A stretch of DNA of 64,000 nucleotides. Source: Thermoplasmatota archaeon. Its GTDB lineage: Archaea > Thermoplasmatota > Thermoplasmata > Thermoplasmatales > ARK-15. The translations under genes and the position numbers were made by a program. The notes beneath the pieces were generated by a model, which had not been told where the DNA came from, made no database searches, and was given only the letters and a program-made list of their open reading frames with translations. How positions within the stretch are numbered: position 1 is the stretch's first letter; the number at the start of each line of letters is the position of its first letter. The stretch spans positions 75,140-139,139 of the forward strand of contig JAVRLK010000001.1 of NCBI GenBank assembly GCA_031961545.1, given 5' to 3'. This document shows, one piece after another, positions 8,964-18,677 of the stretch.

Positions 8964-9623
8964 ATGTTGATCAAATTAATTGGATCGGATTACGACAGGG
9001 TTCTCACAGATGAAAATTTGAACTTTGACTTTTCCCTTTTGCCCCTGATAGAGAAAATAAGGGAAAAGGGTGTAAAGTTTGGCATTATTACTGGAAGAAG
9101 ATGGAGAAAGATGGAAAACATTAGGGATTATTTTGATTTCATTGTTTATGAGAACGGTTATTTCCTCTACAACGGCTCGCACAAAAAACTTTTTAACGAA
9201 AAACACGAAAATATTGTGAAAAATGTTAGGAAAATTCTTGAGGAGAATGGTATGGAATATATAAGCGGTGAAATGATCATTTCCCTGTCAATTGAAAAGA
9301 TTGATGAATTGAAAAGAATTTTTTCCGATTTCAAAGAAATAAAATTCGTTACAAATGTTGACAGTGTTATGATTCTACCTTTGGAAATTGACAAGGGCTG
9401 GGGTTTTAAGAATGTTCTTGAATTTTATAAAATTAAGAGTGATGAGGCAGGTGTAATGGGTGATGGTGAAAATGATCTGCCCATGTTTGAAATTGCAAAA
9501 TACAGGTTCACTGTTGGAAACTCTATTGAAAGTCTTGTAAAAATATCAACATTCCATTCAGAAAAGAAATATTCTGAAGGATCCATGGAAATTTTGAAAC
9601 ATGTTCTGGAAAATATTTATTAG
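8964..9623 (+). CDS. HAD-superfamily (IIB/Cof-type) phosphatase
   Basis: GIITGRRW and the GDGENDLPMF motif. Size and layout resemble archaeal phosphoglycolate/sugar-phosphate phosphatases. Confidence 0.8.
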   Translation: MLIKLIGSDYDRVLTDENLNFDFSLLPLIEKIREKGVKFGIITGRRWRKMENIRDYFDFIVYENGYFLYNGSHKKLFNEKHENIVKNVRKILEENGMEYISGEMIISLSIEKIDELKRIFSDFKEIKFVTNVDSVMILPLEIDKGWGFKNVLEFYKIKSDEAGVMGDGENDLPMFEIAKYRFTVGNSIESLVKISTFHSEKKYSEGSMEILKHVLENIY

Positions 9624-9644
9624 TTGTTTTCAATTGTGATTTAA

Positions 9645-10196
9645 ATGCTTGTTGAAATAATAAACGCTCTGTGGTACATGCTTCCCGCATATGTTGCAAA
9701 TCCTGCGGCCGTTTTATTCAAGGGTAAAACGCCCATGGATTTTGAAAAAAAATTTTTTGATGGTAGGAGAATACTCGGTAAGGGAAAAACCTGGAGGGGT
9801 TTCTTCGGCGGAATATTTTCAGGGTACATTGTTGGAATTATTGAAAATATTATTGGGTATTTTATCAAAAATCCCTATTTTCCACCATTTTCGCATGATT
9901 TAAGCATGTTCATCATTCCCCTGGTTATATCCGCAGGATCGATGATAGGTGATGCAACGGGTTCATTCATTAAAAGAAGGATTGGTTTTGAAAGCGGAAG
10001 CAACGCATTCCTTCTTGATCAATACCCATTCCTTTTAATTTCACTTCTTTTCCTTTACATATTTTATCCAATAGAATTTTTCATGTATGTGTGGAATTTG
10101 CCAGGTATTATCACACTAATCGTTATAACACCTTTACTTCACAGGGCTGTGAATATAATTGGATATAGAATTGGAAAAAAGGATGTACCCTGGTAA
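9645..10196 (+). CDS. carS: CDP-archaeol synthase (CDP-2,3-bis-O-geranylgeranyl-sn-glycerol synthase)
   Basis: Membrane protein with LPAYVANPAAVLF and GKGKTWRGFFGG, characteristic of CarS/DUF46. Confidence 0.8.
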   Translation: MLVEIINALWYMLPAYVANPAAVLFKGKTPMDFEKKFFDGRRILGKGKTWRGFFGGIFSGYIVGIIENIIGYFIKNPYFPPFSHDLSMFIIPLVISAGSMIGDATGSFIKRRIGFESGSNAFLLDQYPFLLISLLFLYIFYPIEFFMYVWNLPGIITLIVITPLLHRAVNIIGYRIGKKDVPW

Positions 10197-10400
10197 TTTT
10201 TTGGGCATAAAGTTCTTAAAAAAATATTATTTTTTAATTATAAATATTCAAAGAAATCATAAATTTGTCTATTTTCCACTGAAAAATTTTTTAAAAAAAA
10301 ATTCCTGAAAATTTGAATCACTCCCCTTGATCTCTTTGAATAAATGATTGGTAAATTTTTAATATAATAAAAAAATGAGGTAAACTAAGGTGATAAGGTT

Positions 10401-11108
10401 ATGAGTAAGATTCTAATAATCTCTGATATTCATGGAAACCTTGAGGCCCTGAACTCTGTTCTTGAAGAAAAATATGATCACGTTATATGTGCTGGGGATC
10501 TTGTTGATTATGGCCCAAATCCACAGGAAGTTATAGATCTATCAAAAAATTTTTTTAAAATAGTTATGGGAAACCATGATTCAGCAAATGCATTCAACAT
10601 AGATTGCCACTGTTCCCAGAAGTTCCATGAATATTCCGTTGAAACAAGAAACTATTTCAGAAAATATATCAGGGATCTGGATTTTTTGAGAAACCTTAAA
10701 ATGGAGGAAAGGTTTGAAATTGATAATCTAAAAATCATACTTGTTCATGCATCACTTGTTGACCCTCTTTACGATTATATTTTTGATAACATTGATGATA
10801 ATGATTTAATGAAAAAATTCAAGAATACACAGGCTGACATTGTTATATTCGGTCATTCACACCATAAATTTTTCAGGAAGGTTGGAAAAACAATATTTAT
10901 AAATCCTGGAAGTGTTGGACAGCCAAGGGATGGTGATCCAAGGGCATCTTATGCAATCCTTGATACAGAAAGTATGAATGTGGAGTTTAAAAGGAAAGAT
11001 TATGATATTGAAAGAACAATTAAAAAATTGAAAGAAACAGGTTTAAGTGAAAAAACTAAAAATGCTCTAATCAATATACTTATGAATGGTGGCTTAAATG
11101 GAGATTGA
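10401..11108 (+). CDS. metallophosphoesterase (YfcE/MJ0936-like)
   Basis: ISDIHGN, AGDLVDYGP, GNHD, VHAS and GHSH motifs. SD AAGGTGAT lies upstream of the ATG. Confidence 0.8.
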   Translation: MSKILIISDIHGNLEALNSVLEEKYDHVICAGDLVDYGPNPQEVIDLSKNFFKIVMGNHDSANAFNIDCHCSQKFHEYSVETRNYFRKYIRDLDFLRNLKMEERFEIDNLKIILVHASLVDPLYDYIFDNIDDNDLMKKFKNTQADIVIFGHSHHKFFRKVGKTIFINPGSVGQPRDGDPRASYAILDTESMNVEFKRKDYDIERTIKKLKETGLSEKTKNALINILMNGGLNGD

Positions 11109-11616
11109 GGATCTGCTTATAAAATCGGGTGCTGTAATGTTCGGTGATTTTATTCTAACATCAGGTAAAAGGAGTAACTATTACATAAACATAAAGAAGG
11201 CGACAACCGATCCAGAAATATTGAGAAAGATTGCCAGCGGATTTTCAAAATTCGTTAAAAATGAAAAAATAGCAGGTATTGAGCTTGGATCCGTTCCACT
11301 TGCCGTCGCTTTATCTTTAGAGACAGGAAATAAATACATAATTATAAGAAAGGAATCGAAAACACATGGAACACAGAGCTTAATAGAGGGTGATCTTGAA
11401 AAGGGTGAAGAGGTTATAATTGTGGAGGATGTAATGACAACAGGTCAATCAATAATAAGGGCCGCAAAAATTGTCAGGGAAATGGGTGGAATTGTTAAGA
11501 AGGTTCTTGTTGTTGTTGACAGGGAAGAAGGAGGTTTGGAAAACTTAAGGAATGAAAACCTTGAGGCAATTTCACTTGTAAAGGTTTCAAATCTTCTGAA
11601 AAAAGTTAAAACATAA
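11098..11616 (+). CDS. pyrE: orotate phosphoribosyltransferase
   Basis: FILTSGKRSNYYIN and the PRPP loop VIIVEDVMTTGQS. The ATG overlaps the upstream gene by 11 nt. Confidence 0.9.
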   Translation: MEIEDLLIKSGAVMFGDFILTSGKRSNYYINIKKATTDPEILRKIASGFSKFVKNEKIAGIELGSVPLAVALSLETGNKYIIIRKESKTHGTQSLIEGDLEKGEEVIIVEDVMTTGQSIIRAAKIVREMGGIVKKVLVVVDREEGGLENLRNENLEAISLVKVSNLLKKVKT

Positions 11617-11666
11617 AGAAGGAAAATAGAATGACAAACTAACTTATTTCAATTTTTTATCCATTT

Positions 11667-12312
11667 TTATAGTTCTTTAAATTTTATGATCATATCAACA
11701 ATAGCAGGAACCACATTATTTCCGATTTTGCATTGACTCTCAATTCTCAACGTAAAGGTATTAGGGATATTAAAATTACGGATTTCCCGATAAAAAAGAT
11801 CTTGCGCATAAAATTTGGTTGAATTTGGTGTAAATCCTATATATGCAATATTGGGAGTTAGAGCACCAAATTGATCTAACGTGTTAGGATCCCAGATTGT
11901 GGCATTGTGAGCTATGATCCATGTTGGATCAAACAAATATCCGTTTGTAAAATTATCTAATTCCTTTGCGGTAAATAAGAAATTCTGTGCGAAAAGTCCA
12001 GAATTTAAAACAACATTTGAGGAAATAATTAAAGCAATTAATAGGTCCGTGCTGGATGAAAAGTAATACCAAAACATAACTTCCAAATCTATAATTCCAC
12101 TCCCATCATTTATAATTGTAGTAGCATTTGTGATATTTTCTATGTGGGTAACATTATCCGGTATTGGGATATTTATGACATAAGTGGCATTGGCATATCC
12201 CACATTAACTTTTAAAACTGGTTTATGGGGCTCTTAATACCAGTAGAATGTGCCCGCTAAAAACAATTAATAAAGAAATTATCGATGCAATGATCACTTT
12301 TTTATTTAGCAT
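11667..12312 (-). pseudogene. secreted/membrane-anchored sequon-rich protein split by a 1-nt frameshift (or sequencing error) in a homopolymer
   Basis: ATG 12312 opens a 29-codon signal-anchor ORF (MLNKKVIIASIISLLIVFSGHILLVLRAP*). The 178-aa body (11667-12203) has no ATG and is open in another frame back to 12233. The two frames meet at the plus-strand G4 run 12227-12230, and removing one base joins them. Confidence 0.5.
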
Positions 12313-12493
12313 AATAACTCCCCAAAAATACTAATTTAATTATTATATAAAAATTTTTCAAGCTTATAACCCTGTTGTAATACTACATATTTATTGATGC
12401 CTTTTAATAAAATAGATCCCTAATACACTATTTCACTTAAAAAATGTTAAATATAACTTAATTCTTTACCTTTTGATTTTCAAGGGAGTAAGG

Positions 12494-15400
12494 ATGATAT
12501 ATAGAATAGAAAAGAGGTATTCAAAAGACGAGGTTCTGGGACTTCTTGATCCAATAGTTAGGGAATGGTTTGAATCAAAATTTAAGGATATTACTGAACC
12601 CCAGGCCTATGCAATTCCTTATATTCACAAAGGTAAAAATGTTCTTGTATCATCACCAACTGGTTCGGGAAAAACTCTCACAGGTTTCCTTTCAATAATA
12701 AATGAACTTTTCCTGCTTGCAAAGCAGGGTAAGCTTGAGGATAAGGTATACTGTGTTTATGTTTCTCCTCTAAAGGCTTTGGCAAATGATATTCACAGAA
12801 ACCTTGAAGAACCGCTTGAAGAGATAAACCAGCTTGCAAAGAAAAAGGGTATTGAAATACCAAAGATAAATGTTGCAGTAAGGTCCGGTGATACACCACA
12901 GAACCAAAGACAGAGAATGTTGAGGAAACCTCCCCATATATTCATAACAACACCAGAATCACTTGCCCTTGTTTTGTCATCACCAAAATTCAAGGAAAGG
13001 TTCAGGAATGTAAAGTATTTGATTATAGATGAAACGCATGAACTTTCATCAAACAAAAGAGGGGTGATGCTCTCACTCAACGCAGAAAGACTTGAAAGGT
13101 TAACGGGTCACTTGGTAAGGATTGGGCTGTCTGCAACACAGTCACCAATTGAAGAAATGGCAAAGTTTGTTGCAGGTTACGATGATAAAGGTGATGTTAG
13201 GGATATTTACATAGCTGAAGTGGAGGCAAAGAAATCTCTGGATCTTAAGGTCATAACACCCGTACCGGATCTTGTTAATACACCATATGAGATAGCAAAT
13301 GAAAGGATGTACGATGTTCTTGTTGATATAATAAATTCGCATAAAACAACATTAATATTCACAAACACCAGGAGTGGAACGGAACACGTTGCATTTAAAC
13401 TGAGAGAGAGGGGAATAAAGAGTCTTGAGGCACACCATTCTTCACTTGGAAAGGCAACAAGGCTAAGGGTTGAGGAAATGTTAAAGAAAGGTGAACTGAA
13501 ATGTGTTATTTCTTCAACAAGCCTTGAACTTGGCATTGATATTGGATACATTGACATGGTTGTCCAGATAGGATCACCAAAAAGCATAGCGAAGGGTCTT
13601 CAGAGGATTGGAAGATCAGGTCATAAATACGGTGATATATCAAGGGGGAGAATGGTTGTTTTTGATATGGACGATCTTGTTGAATGTACTGTAATAACAA
13701 AATCTGTTTATGAAAACAACATTGACAGGGTTTTTGTTCCAAAAAATTCACTTGATGTTCTTGCACAGGTAATAGTCGGTATGAGCCTGGAGGATGTGTG
13801 GAATGTTGATGAAGCCTATAAATTAATAAAAAGATCCTACTGTTACCATGATCTGAAAAAAGAGAAATTCCTTGAGGTACTTGATTACCTTTCAGGTAAG
13901 TCATACGGTGAAACATTCTATTCAAAGATCTGGTACGATGAGAAGGAGGGCGTTTTTGGTAAAAAGAGATCCTCCAGGATGATATTTTTCATGAACATGG
14001 GAACGATACCTGAGGAAGCCGATTATGTTGTTATTGATGAAAACAATGTTCCACTTGGTGAATTAAGCGAAAAATTTGTTGAAAGGCTCAGGGAGGGAGA
14101 TATATTTGTTCTAGGAGCAAGAACTTACGAATTTATCAGGGTAAGGGGATCCAGGGTTTATGTTAAAAGTGCTGAGGGAAAAAGGCCAACTGTACCATCA
14201 TGGGCTGGTGAAATGTTACCGAGGAGTTTTGATCTCAGCATTGAGGTGGGTAAATTCAGAAAGAAAATAATGGAAATGATAAAGAAAAAGGAAGATGTTG
14301 TAAAGTACCTTATGGATGAATATTACCTTGATTATTCAGGTGCGGTAAGTATTTACAAATACATAATGGAACAGATGGTTGATTATGTTCCCACCAATGA
14401 AGGTGTTTTAATTGAGGGTTACGTTGATCCATCAAACATGTACAACATAATATTTCATTTTCCATTCGGAAGAAGGGTAAACGATGCACTATCAAGGGCA
14501 TTCGCATACCAGATAGCAAACAGGTACAACACAAACACAAGGATAACAGTTACAGATGATGCATTTATGATTTCAACGAACAAAAAAATACCAATTGATT
14601 CCATTCCAGGGCTTGTGAGGGCTGAAAACCTTGAAAGGGATCTGAAGAATGCAATAAGGAATACAGAACTATTCAAACAAAGGTTCAGGCATTGTGCAAC
14701 AAGGTCATTCATGATACTGAAAAAATACAAGGGAGCGGATATATCAGTAACAAAACAGCAATTAAAGAGCGATAAGATCCTTGAAATACTTTCAGAAATA
14801 CCAAATTTCCCTGTAATTGAAGAAACATACAATGAAATATTTAACATTGTTATGGATCTTCCCAATGCAAGGGAAATTCTTTACAAAATAGAGAATGGGG
14901 AGATTGAAGTAAAGCTTAAGGATTATTCTGATGAACCATCCATATTCTCAAACGGTGTAATTCTTGCAAGCATATCAGATATTGTTCTCATGGAAGACAG
15001 ATCCTCACTTCTGAAAGAAATACATATGAAAATACTTAAAAAGGTTCTTCCTGAGGAGAGTGTTCATCTCCTTGAACCAGAAGAAGTGAAGAATTATTTC
15101 AGAAATAAGTTCAGCATTGAGAATGAGAATGATATTATTAAATTCATTGAAAGTGTTGGAGCGGCGGATATTCTTTCAGAAAAGGGTGTAAATATTTATT
15201 CTTTTTCAAAAATGAAATTTGATGATCTTAAAGCACTTGCATTGAAATTGATAAGGGAAGGTAGATTGAAATCCGTTTATACAGACAGGGCAGTTTTCAC
15301 ATTACCCCAATTTGTACCATATTATATGGCTGTATACTCAAAGGGTATAACAATCGATGAAACAGTTGAGAAAATATTGAATAACATTGATGGAAAGACA

Positions 15401-17665
15401 ACAACAGAAATATGGAAGATAAGCGGATTGAAGAGAGAAATATTCATGGATGTCTTAAGGAACATTGAAAGGGCATACCTGATAGAAAGGGTGGATATAA
15501 GGGATAATGAGATGGTCTGGAAAAGAAGGGATGTAAAGCCAGAGGAAAGGAAAAAATCAATAAAGTTTCTCATAGGGAAGATACTTTCATACTATGGACC
15601 AATAACTCTATCCGAACTTGCATTTTACCTTAACACTCTTGAAGAGGACGTTTCTCCTTCTTTAAAAGAACTGATTCAGGAAAATGTTGTGGTTGAGGGA
15701 AATTTCCTTCCTGGCTATGAAAAACAGTACATGCTTGCTGAGGATTTTAAAAAAATAAAACCCATTGATTTAATATCAAAAAATGATCTGAAAAACTATA
15801 GATTCACAAAGTTGATGAAAGTAGAAAATAGCATTGATGAGATGTTCAGAACCTATCTTGTTTTCAGCCACCCATACCAGATACATGTAAGGATGAAGGA
15901 ATTCACATACAATGACTGGGTTGAAATGAAGAAAAAGGATATGCTTGTTTATGCAAAATTCCTTGGAAACAGATACTTTTTCACAACAAAGGAGATTGCA
16001 CCATTGTTCAGATTCTGGACATTTGAAATGGACGATATTGCATCAAGAATACTTGGAAAACTTAAATCAGGAATCATGGATGTTCAGGAGATTTCAAGAT
16101 CGCTGGATCTTCATCCAAGGACAGTTAAAAATTACTTAACAATTATGGAAAAGAACCTTATGGTTTCAAGATCCTTTGAGAATGATGCCTATGTTTCACT
16201 TAACCTTGAGGGGAACGGTGACATAAGGGATCTCATAAAGAAAATTATAGAAAAACTGGGTCCCTTGACTGTTAAAGATATTGAGTATTTCATAGATATA
16301 CCCAAGGAAAACATTATGCCAATAATAAACGAAATGGATATTGAAAGATTCTACGCTGAGGGAAACTACTATTATGGTGAATTCAAAAAAGTTGAAAAGA
16401 AAGGTATTTTTGTTCTTTTACCTGAAGGTGATCCTTTCCTATTACCATATCACTTTGAATTAATTGAAAAATTTGGTGAGGGCTATAACTATTTCCTTGT
16501 AAACGATGGTGAAATTATCGGAGCAGCGGATATTGAGGATAATGGTGATCATCTCCATGTTTTTAAAATAAACTGTGGCAATGATTACATTGACATTTTT
16601 GTTGAAAAGGTGATTGAACTATCAAATTTCCTTGGTAACATAAATATTATTTTCTCCAATGTAACTGAAAATCTAATAAAATCTTTGAAGAAAAATGGAT
16701 TCGAAAAACATGGTAATTTTTATTCAAGGCCAAAGGTTTCGGGATTGCAGCTTGGGCAGGAAAATCTTTACAGGTATGTTTCCAGAAGACAGGGGCTTGA
16801 TGTGGAAACAAGGCTTAAAAATATAATTGAATTAGAAAAGAATTTTCCTGGTATAAGGAGTGATCTCGAGGCATTGATCAGAACATGGAGGTACATATCA
16901 CTTGAAAGGTTGAAAAGAAGCGGTATTTTGTACCTTACCTACGGCATTCCACCAATAAACACGTACGCAAGCATGGAAAATATTGTTCTTTTCAAATCAA
17001 TTAAGGATGCAAGGATTGAAAAAATACATGAAAGCATAATAAAAATGGTAAGGGAACTTCAGTATGAGGATGAAATAATCAACGAATCGCCCTTCGGTGA
17101 GGAAATTACAAAAAATGCTCTTGATTATCTATTCAAAAACAATTACATTGTTAAGGGGCCTAGGGATGAATACATTGTTGTAGAAAACATGCTTGACAGG
17201 GATTATGCAATAAAGGTTTACATTGAGAAACTTTTCAACATATTCGGTGCATTAAACATTAAAAAAATCATGAACATCACATATGGATTGATTGATGTTG
17301 ATGATATAAAGAAAGCATTGAATACTATTTATAAAGAAAATAAAATTTCAAATGTTTTCTTTAAGGATGAACTCTTTTATTTGCCATCAAATGATATTAA
17401 ATCTTTAAAATCTAAAAGAATGGATCTAGAAATAATCCTGGATCCCCATGATATTGCATACCTTTACATGCAGGATTATCTGAAGAATTATGTGGAACCG
17501 GGTAAATTCGTTATTCTTAAGGGTCTTGAAATCATAGGATCCTTCAGGGCAGTAAAGAGGAAAAATATCTGGACAATTTATGATTTCTCAGGATCCGATC
17601 ATGCAAAAACTGTTCTTGAATCCGTTATGAGATCCATGGGCATAAGGGTTGAGTTCAAAGAATAA
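12494..17665 (+). CDS. lhr: Lhr-family SF2 helicase (Lhr core plus ~830-aa C-terminal extension)
   Basis: Helicase motifs SSPTGSGKT, VYVSPLKALAND, IIDETHEL, GLSAT, LIFTNTR, SSTSLELGIDIG and QRIGRSGH. DEAD-associated region FPFGRRVNDALSRAFAYQIANRY. ATG 12494 (MIYRIEKRY) is preferred over the TTG at 12473. Confidence 0.9.
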   Translation: MIYRIEKRYSKDEVLGLLDPIVREWFESKFKDITEPQAYAIPYIHKGKNVLVSSPTGSGKTLTGFLSIINELFLLAKQGKLEDKVYCVYVSPLKALANDIHRNLEEPLEEINQLAKKKGIEIPKINVAVRSGDTPQNQRQRMLRKPPHIFITTPESLALVLSSPKFKERFRNVKYLIIDETHELSSNKRGVMLSLNAERLERLTGHLVRIGLSATQSPIEEMAKFVAGYDDKGDVRDIYIAEVEAKKSLDLKVITPVPDLVNTPYEIANERMYDVLVDIINSHKTTLIFTNTRSGTEHVAFKLRERGIKSLEAHHSSLGKATRLRVEEMLKKGELKCVISSTSLELGIDIGYIDMVVQIGSPKSIAKGLQRIGRSGHKYGDISRGRMVVFDMDDLVECTVITKSVYENNIDRVFVPKNSLDVLAQVIVGMSLEDVWNVDEAYKLIKRSYCYHDLKKEKFLEVLDYLSGKSYGETFYSKIWYDEKEGVFGKKRSSRMIFFMNMGTIPEEADYVVIDENNVPLGELSEKFVERLREGDIFVLGARTYEFIRVRGSRVYVKSAEGKRPTVPSWAGEMLPRSFDLSIEVGKFRKKIMEMIKKKEDVVKYLMDEYYLDYSGAVSIYKYIMEQMVDYVPTNEGVLIEGYVDPSNMYNIIFHFPFGRRVNDALSRAFAYQIANRYNTNTRITVTDDAFMISTNKKIPIDSIPGLVRAENLERDLKNAIRNTELFKQRFRHCATRSFMILKKYKGADISVTKQQLKSDKILEILSEIPNFPVIEETYNEIFNIVMDLPNAREILYKIENGEIEVKLKDYSDEPSIFSNGVILASISDIVLMEDRSSLLKEIHMKILKKVLPEESVHLLEPEEVKNYFRNKFSIENENDIIKFIESVGAADILSEKGVNIYSFSKMKFDDLKALALKLIREGRLKSVYTDRAVFTLPQFVPYYMAVYSKGITIDETVEKILNNIDGKTTTEIWKISGLKREIFMDVLRNIERAYLIERVDIRDNEMVWKRRDVKPEERKKSIKFLIGKILSYYGPITLSELAFYLNTLEEDVSPSLKELIQENVVVEGNFLPGYEKQYMLAEDFKKIKPIDLISKNDLKNYRFTKLMKVENSIDEMFRTYLVFSHPYQIHVRMKEFTYNDWVEMKKKDMLVYAKFLGNRYFFTTKEIAPLFRFWTFEMDDIASRILGKLKSGIMDVQEISRSLDLHPRTVKNYLTIMEKNLMVSRSFENDAYVSLNLEGNGDIRDLIKKIIEKLGPLTVKDIEYFIDIPKENIMPIINEMDIERFYAEGNYYYGEFKKVEKKGIFVLLPEGDPFLLPYHFELIEKFGEGYNYFLVNDGEIIGAADIEDNGDHLHVFKINCGNDYIDIFVEKVIELSNFLGNINIIFSNVTENLIKSLKKNGFEKHGNFYSRPKVSGLQLGQENLYRYVSRRQGLDVETRLKNIIELEKNFPGIRSDLEALIRTWRYISLERLKRSGILYLTYGIPPINTYASMENIVLFKSIKDARIEKIHESIIKMVRELQYEDEIINESPFGEEITKNALDYLFKNNYIVKGPRDEYIVVENMLDRDYAIKVYIEKLFNIFGALNIKKIMNITYGLIDVDDIKKALNTIYKENKISNVFFKDELFYLPSNDIKSLKSKRMDLEIILDPHDIAYLYMQDYLKNYVEPGKFVILKGLEIIGSFRAVKRKNIWTIYDFSGSDHAKTVLESVMRSMGIRVEFKE

Positions 17666-18677
17666 TTTTTATCTTTTCACCACACTTTGAACATCTTCCA
17701 TCGGGTGTAAGGTTTTCAATCTTTATATTATAGCCAGATCTCCTTATCAGCCTTGCCCCGCATTTTGGACAGTAGGTACTTTCATACTTTTCATCCCATA
17801 CGTTACCAAGGTAAACATAGTTTATTCCCTCCTCCTTTGCTATTCTGTAAGCCTTCAAAAGTGTTTCCATTGGTGTTTCATAGAGATTCATTAACTTGTA
17901 ATCCGGATGAAACCTTGAAAAATGCACGATGGAATCCTTACCAAAAACATCAAACATCCATTTTGAAAAATTCCTTATCTCATCCTCCTTATCGTTAAGT
18001 GTTGGTATTATGAGATATGTTATTTCAACATGTATGCCAAGATCCCTGGCCCTTTCCACGGTCTCAAGAACAGGTTCAAGTCTTCCACCAACTATTTTTC
18101 TATAAAATTCATCCGTGAATCCCTTAACATCAATGTTCATCGCATCTATGTACTTTGAAAGTTCCTTAAGGGGTTCTTCGTTTATGTATCCATTCGTTAC
18201 ATAAACGTTGTACATTCCTCTTGATTTGGAAATCTTTGAAGCTTCAAGGTTGAACTCAAACCATATTGTTGGCTCGTTGTATGTCCAGGCAATGCCATCG
18301 GATCCCTCCTCAACCGCAAGATCAACTATTTCCTCAGCAGAATAGTTCCTGAGAGGAAAATTTTCAACCATGCTCTGGCTTATTTCCCAGTTCTGACAGT
18401 GTTTGCATTTAAGGTTACAGCCAACCGTACTGAGGGAAAATATCCATGATCCGGGATGGAAATGGAAAAGCGGCTTTTTCTCAATGGGATCCATTGCCAT
18501 TGCACTTACCTTCCCATAGACCATTGAGTACAATTTTCCGTCAATGTTTTTTCTAACATTGCATATACCGTATTTACCATTATCTATTATGCATCTGTGT
18601 GGACATAAGGTGCATCTTACCCTTTTCCCGTCAATTTTTTCGTAATATTCAGCCTCGTGTAAAGTGTTCGTATCCAT
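17655..18677 (-). CDS. AmmeMemoRadiSam-system radical SAM enzyme (PflA-like activase fold)
   Basis: N-terminal Cys-rich CTLCPHRCIIDNGKYGICNVRKN, radical SAM cluster motif GCNLKCKHCQNW, and C-terminal CPKCG...CSKCG. ATG 18677 is preferred over the TTG at 18686. Confidence 0.85.
   Translation of the reverse strand: MDTNTLHEAEYYEKIDGKRVRCTLCPHRCIIDNGKYGICNVRKNIDGKLYSMVYGKVSAMAMDPIEKKPLFHFHPGSWIFSLSTVGCNLKCKHCQNWEISQSMVENFPLRNYSAEEIVDLAVEEGSDGIAWTYNEPTIWFEFNLEASKISKSRGMYNVYVTNGYINEEPLKELSKYIDAMNIDVKGFTDEFYRKIVGGRLEPVLETVERARDLGIHVEITYLIIPTLNDKEDEIRNFSKWMFDVFGKDSIVHFSRFHPDYKLMNLYETPMETLLKAYRIAKEEGINYVYLGNVWDEKYESTYCPKCGARLIRRSGYNIKIENLTPDGRCSKCGEKIKIIL

Noticed and set aside
9691-9903. A 70-aa alternative-frame ORF inside carS.
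   Set aside because: It lies in a same-strand overlapping frame within a gene that has clear CarS motifs, with no independent support.
12494-17665. Whether the unusual 1723-aa length of Lhr could be due to an intein.
   Set aside because: All helicase motifs occur at normal spacing with no interruption, and I saw no intein-like Cys/Ser...His-Asn splice blocks. The extra length is entirely C-terminal.
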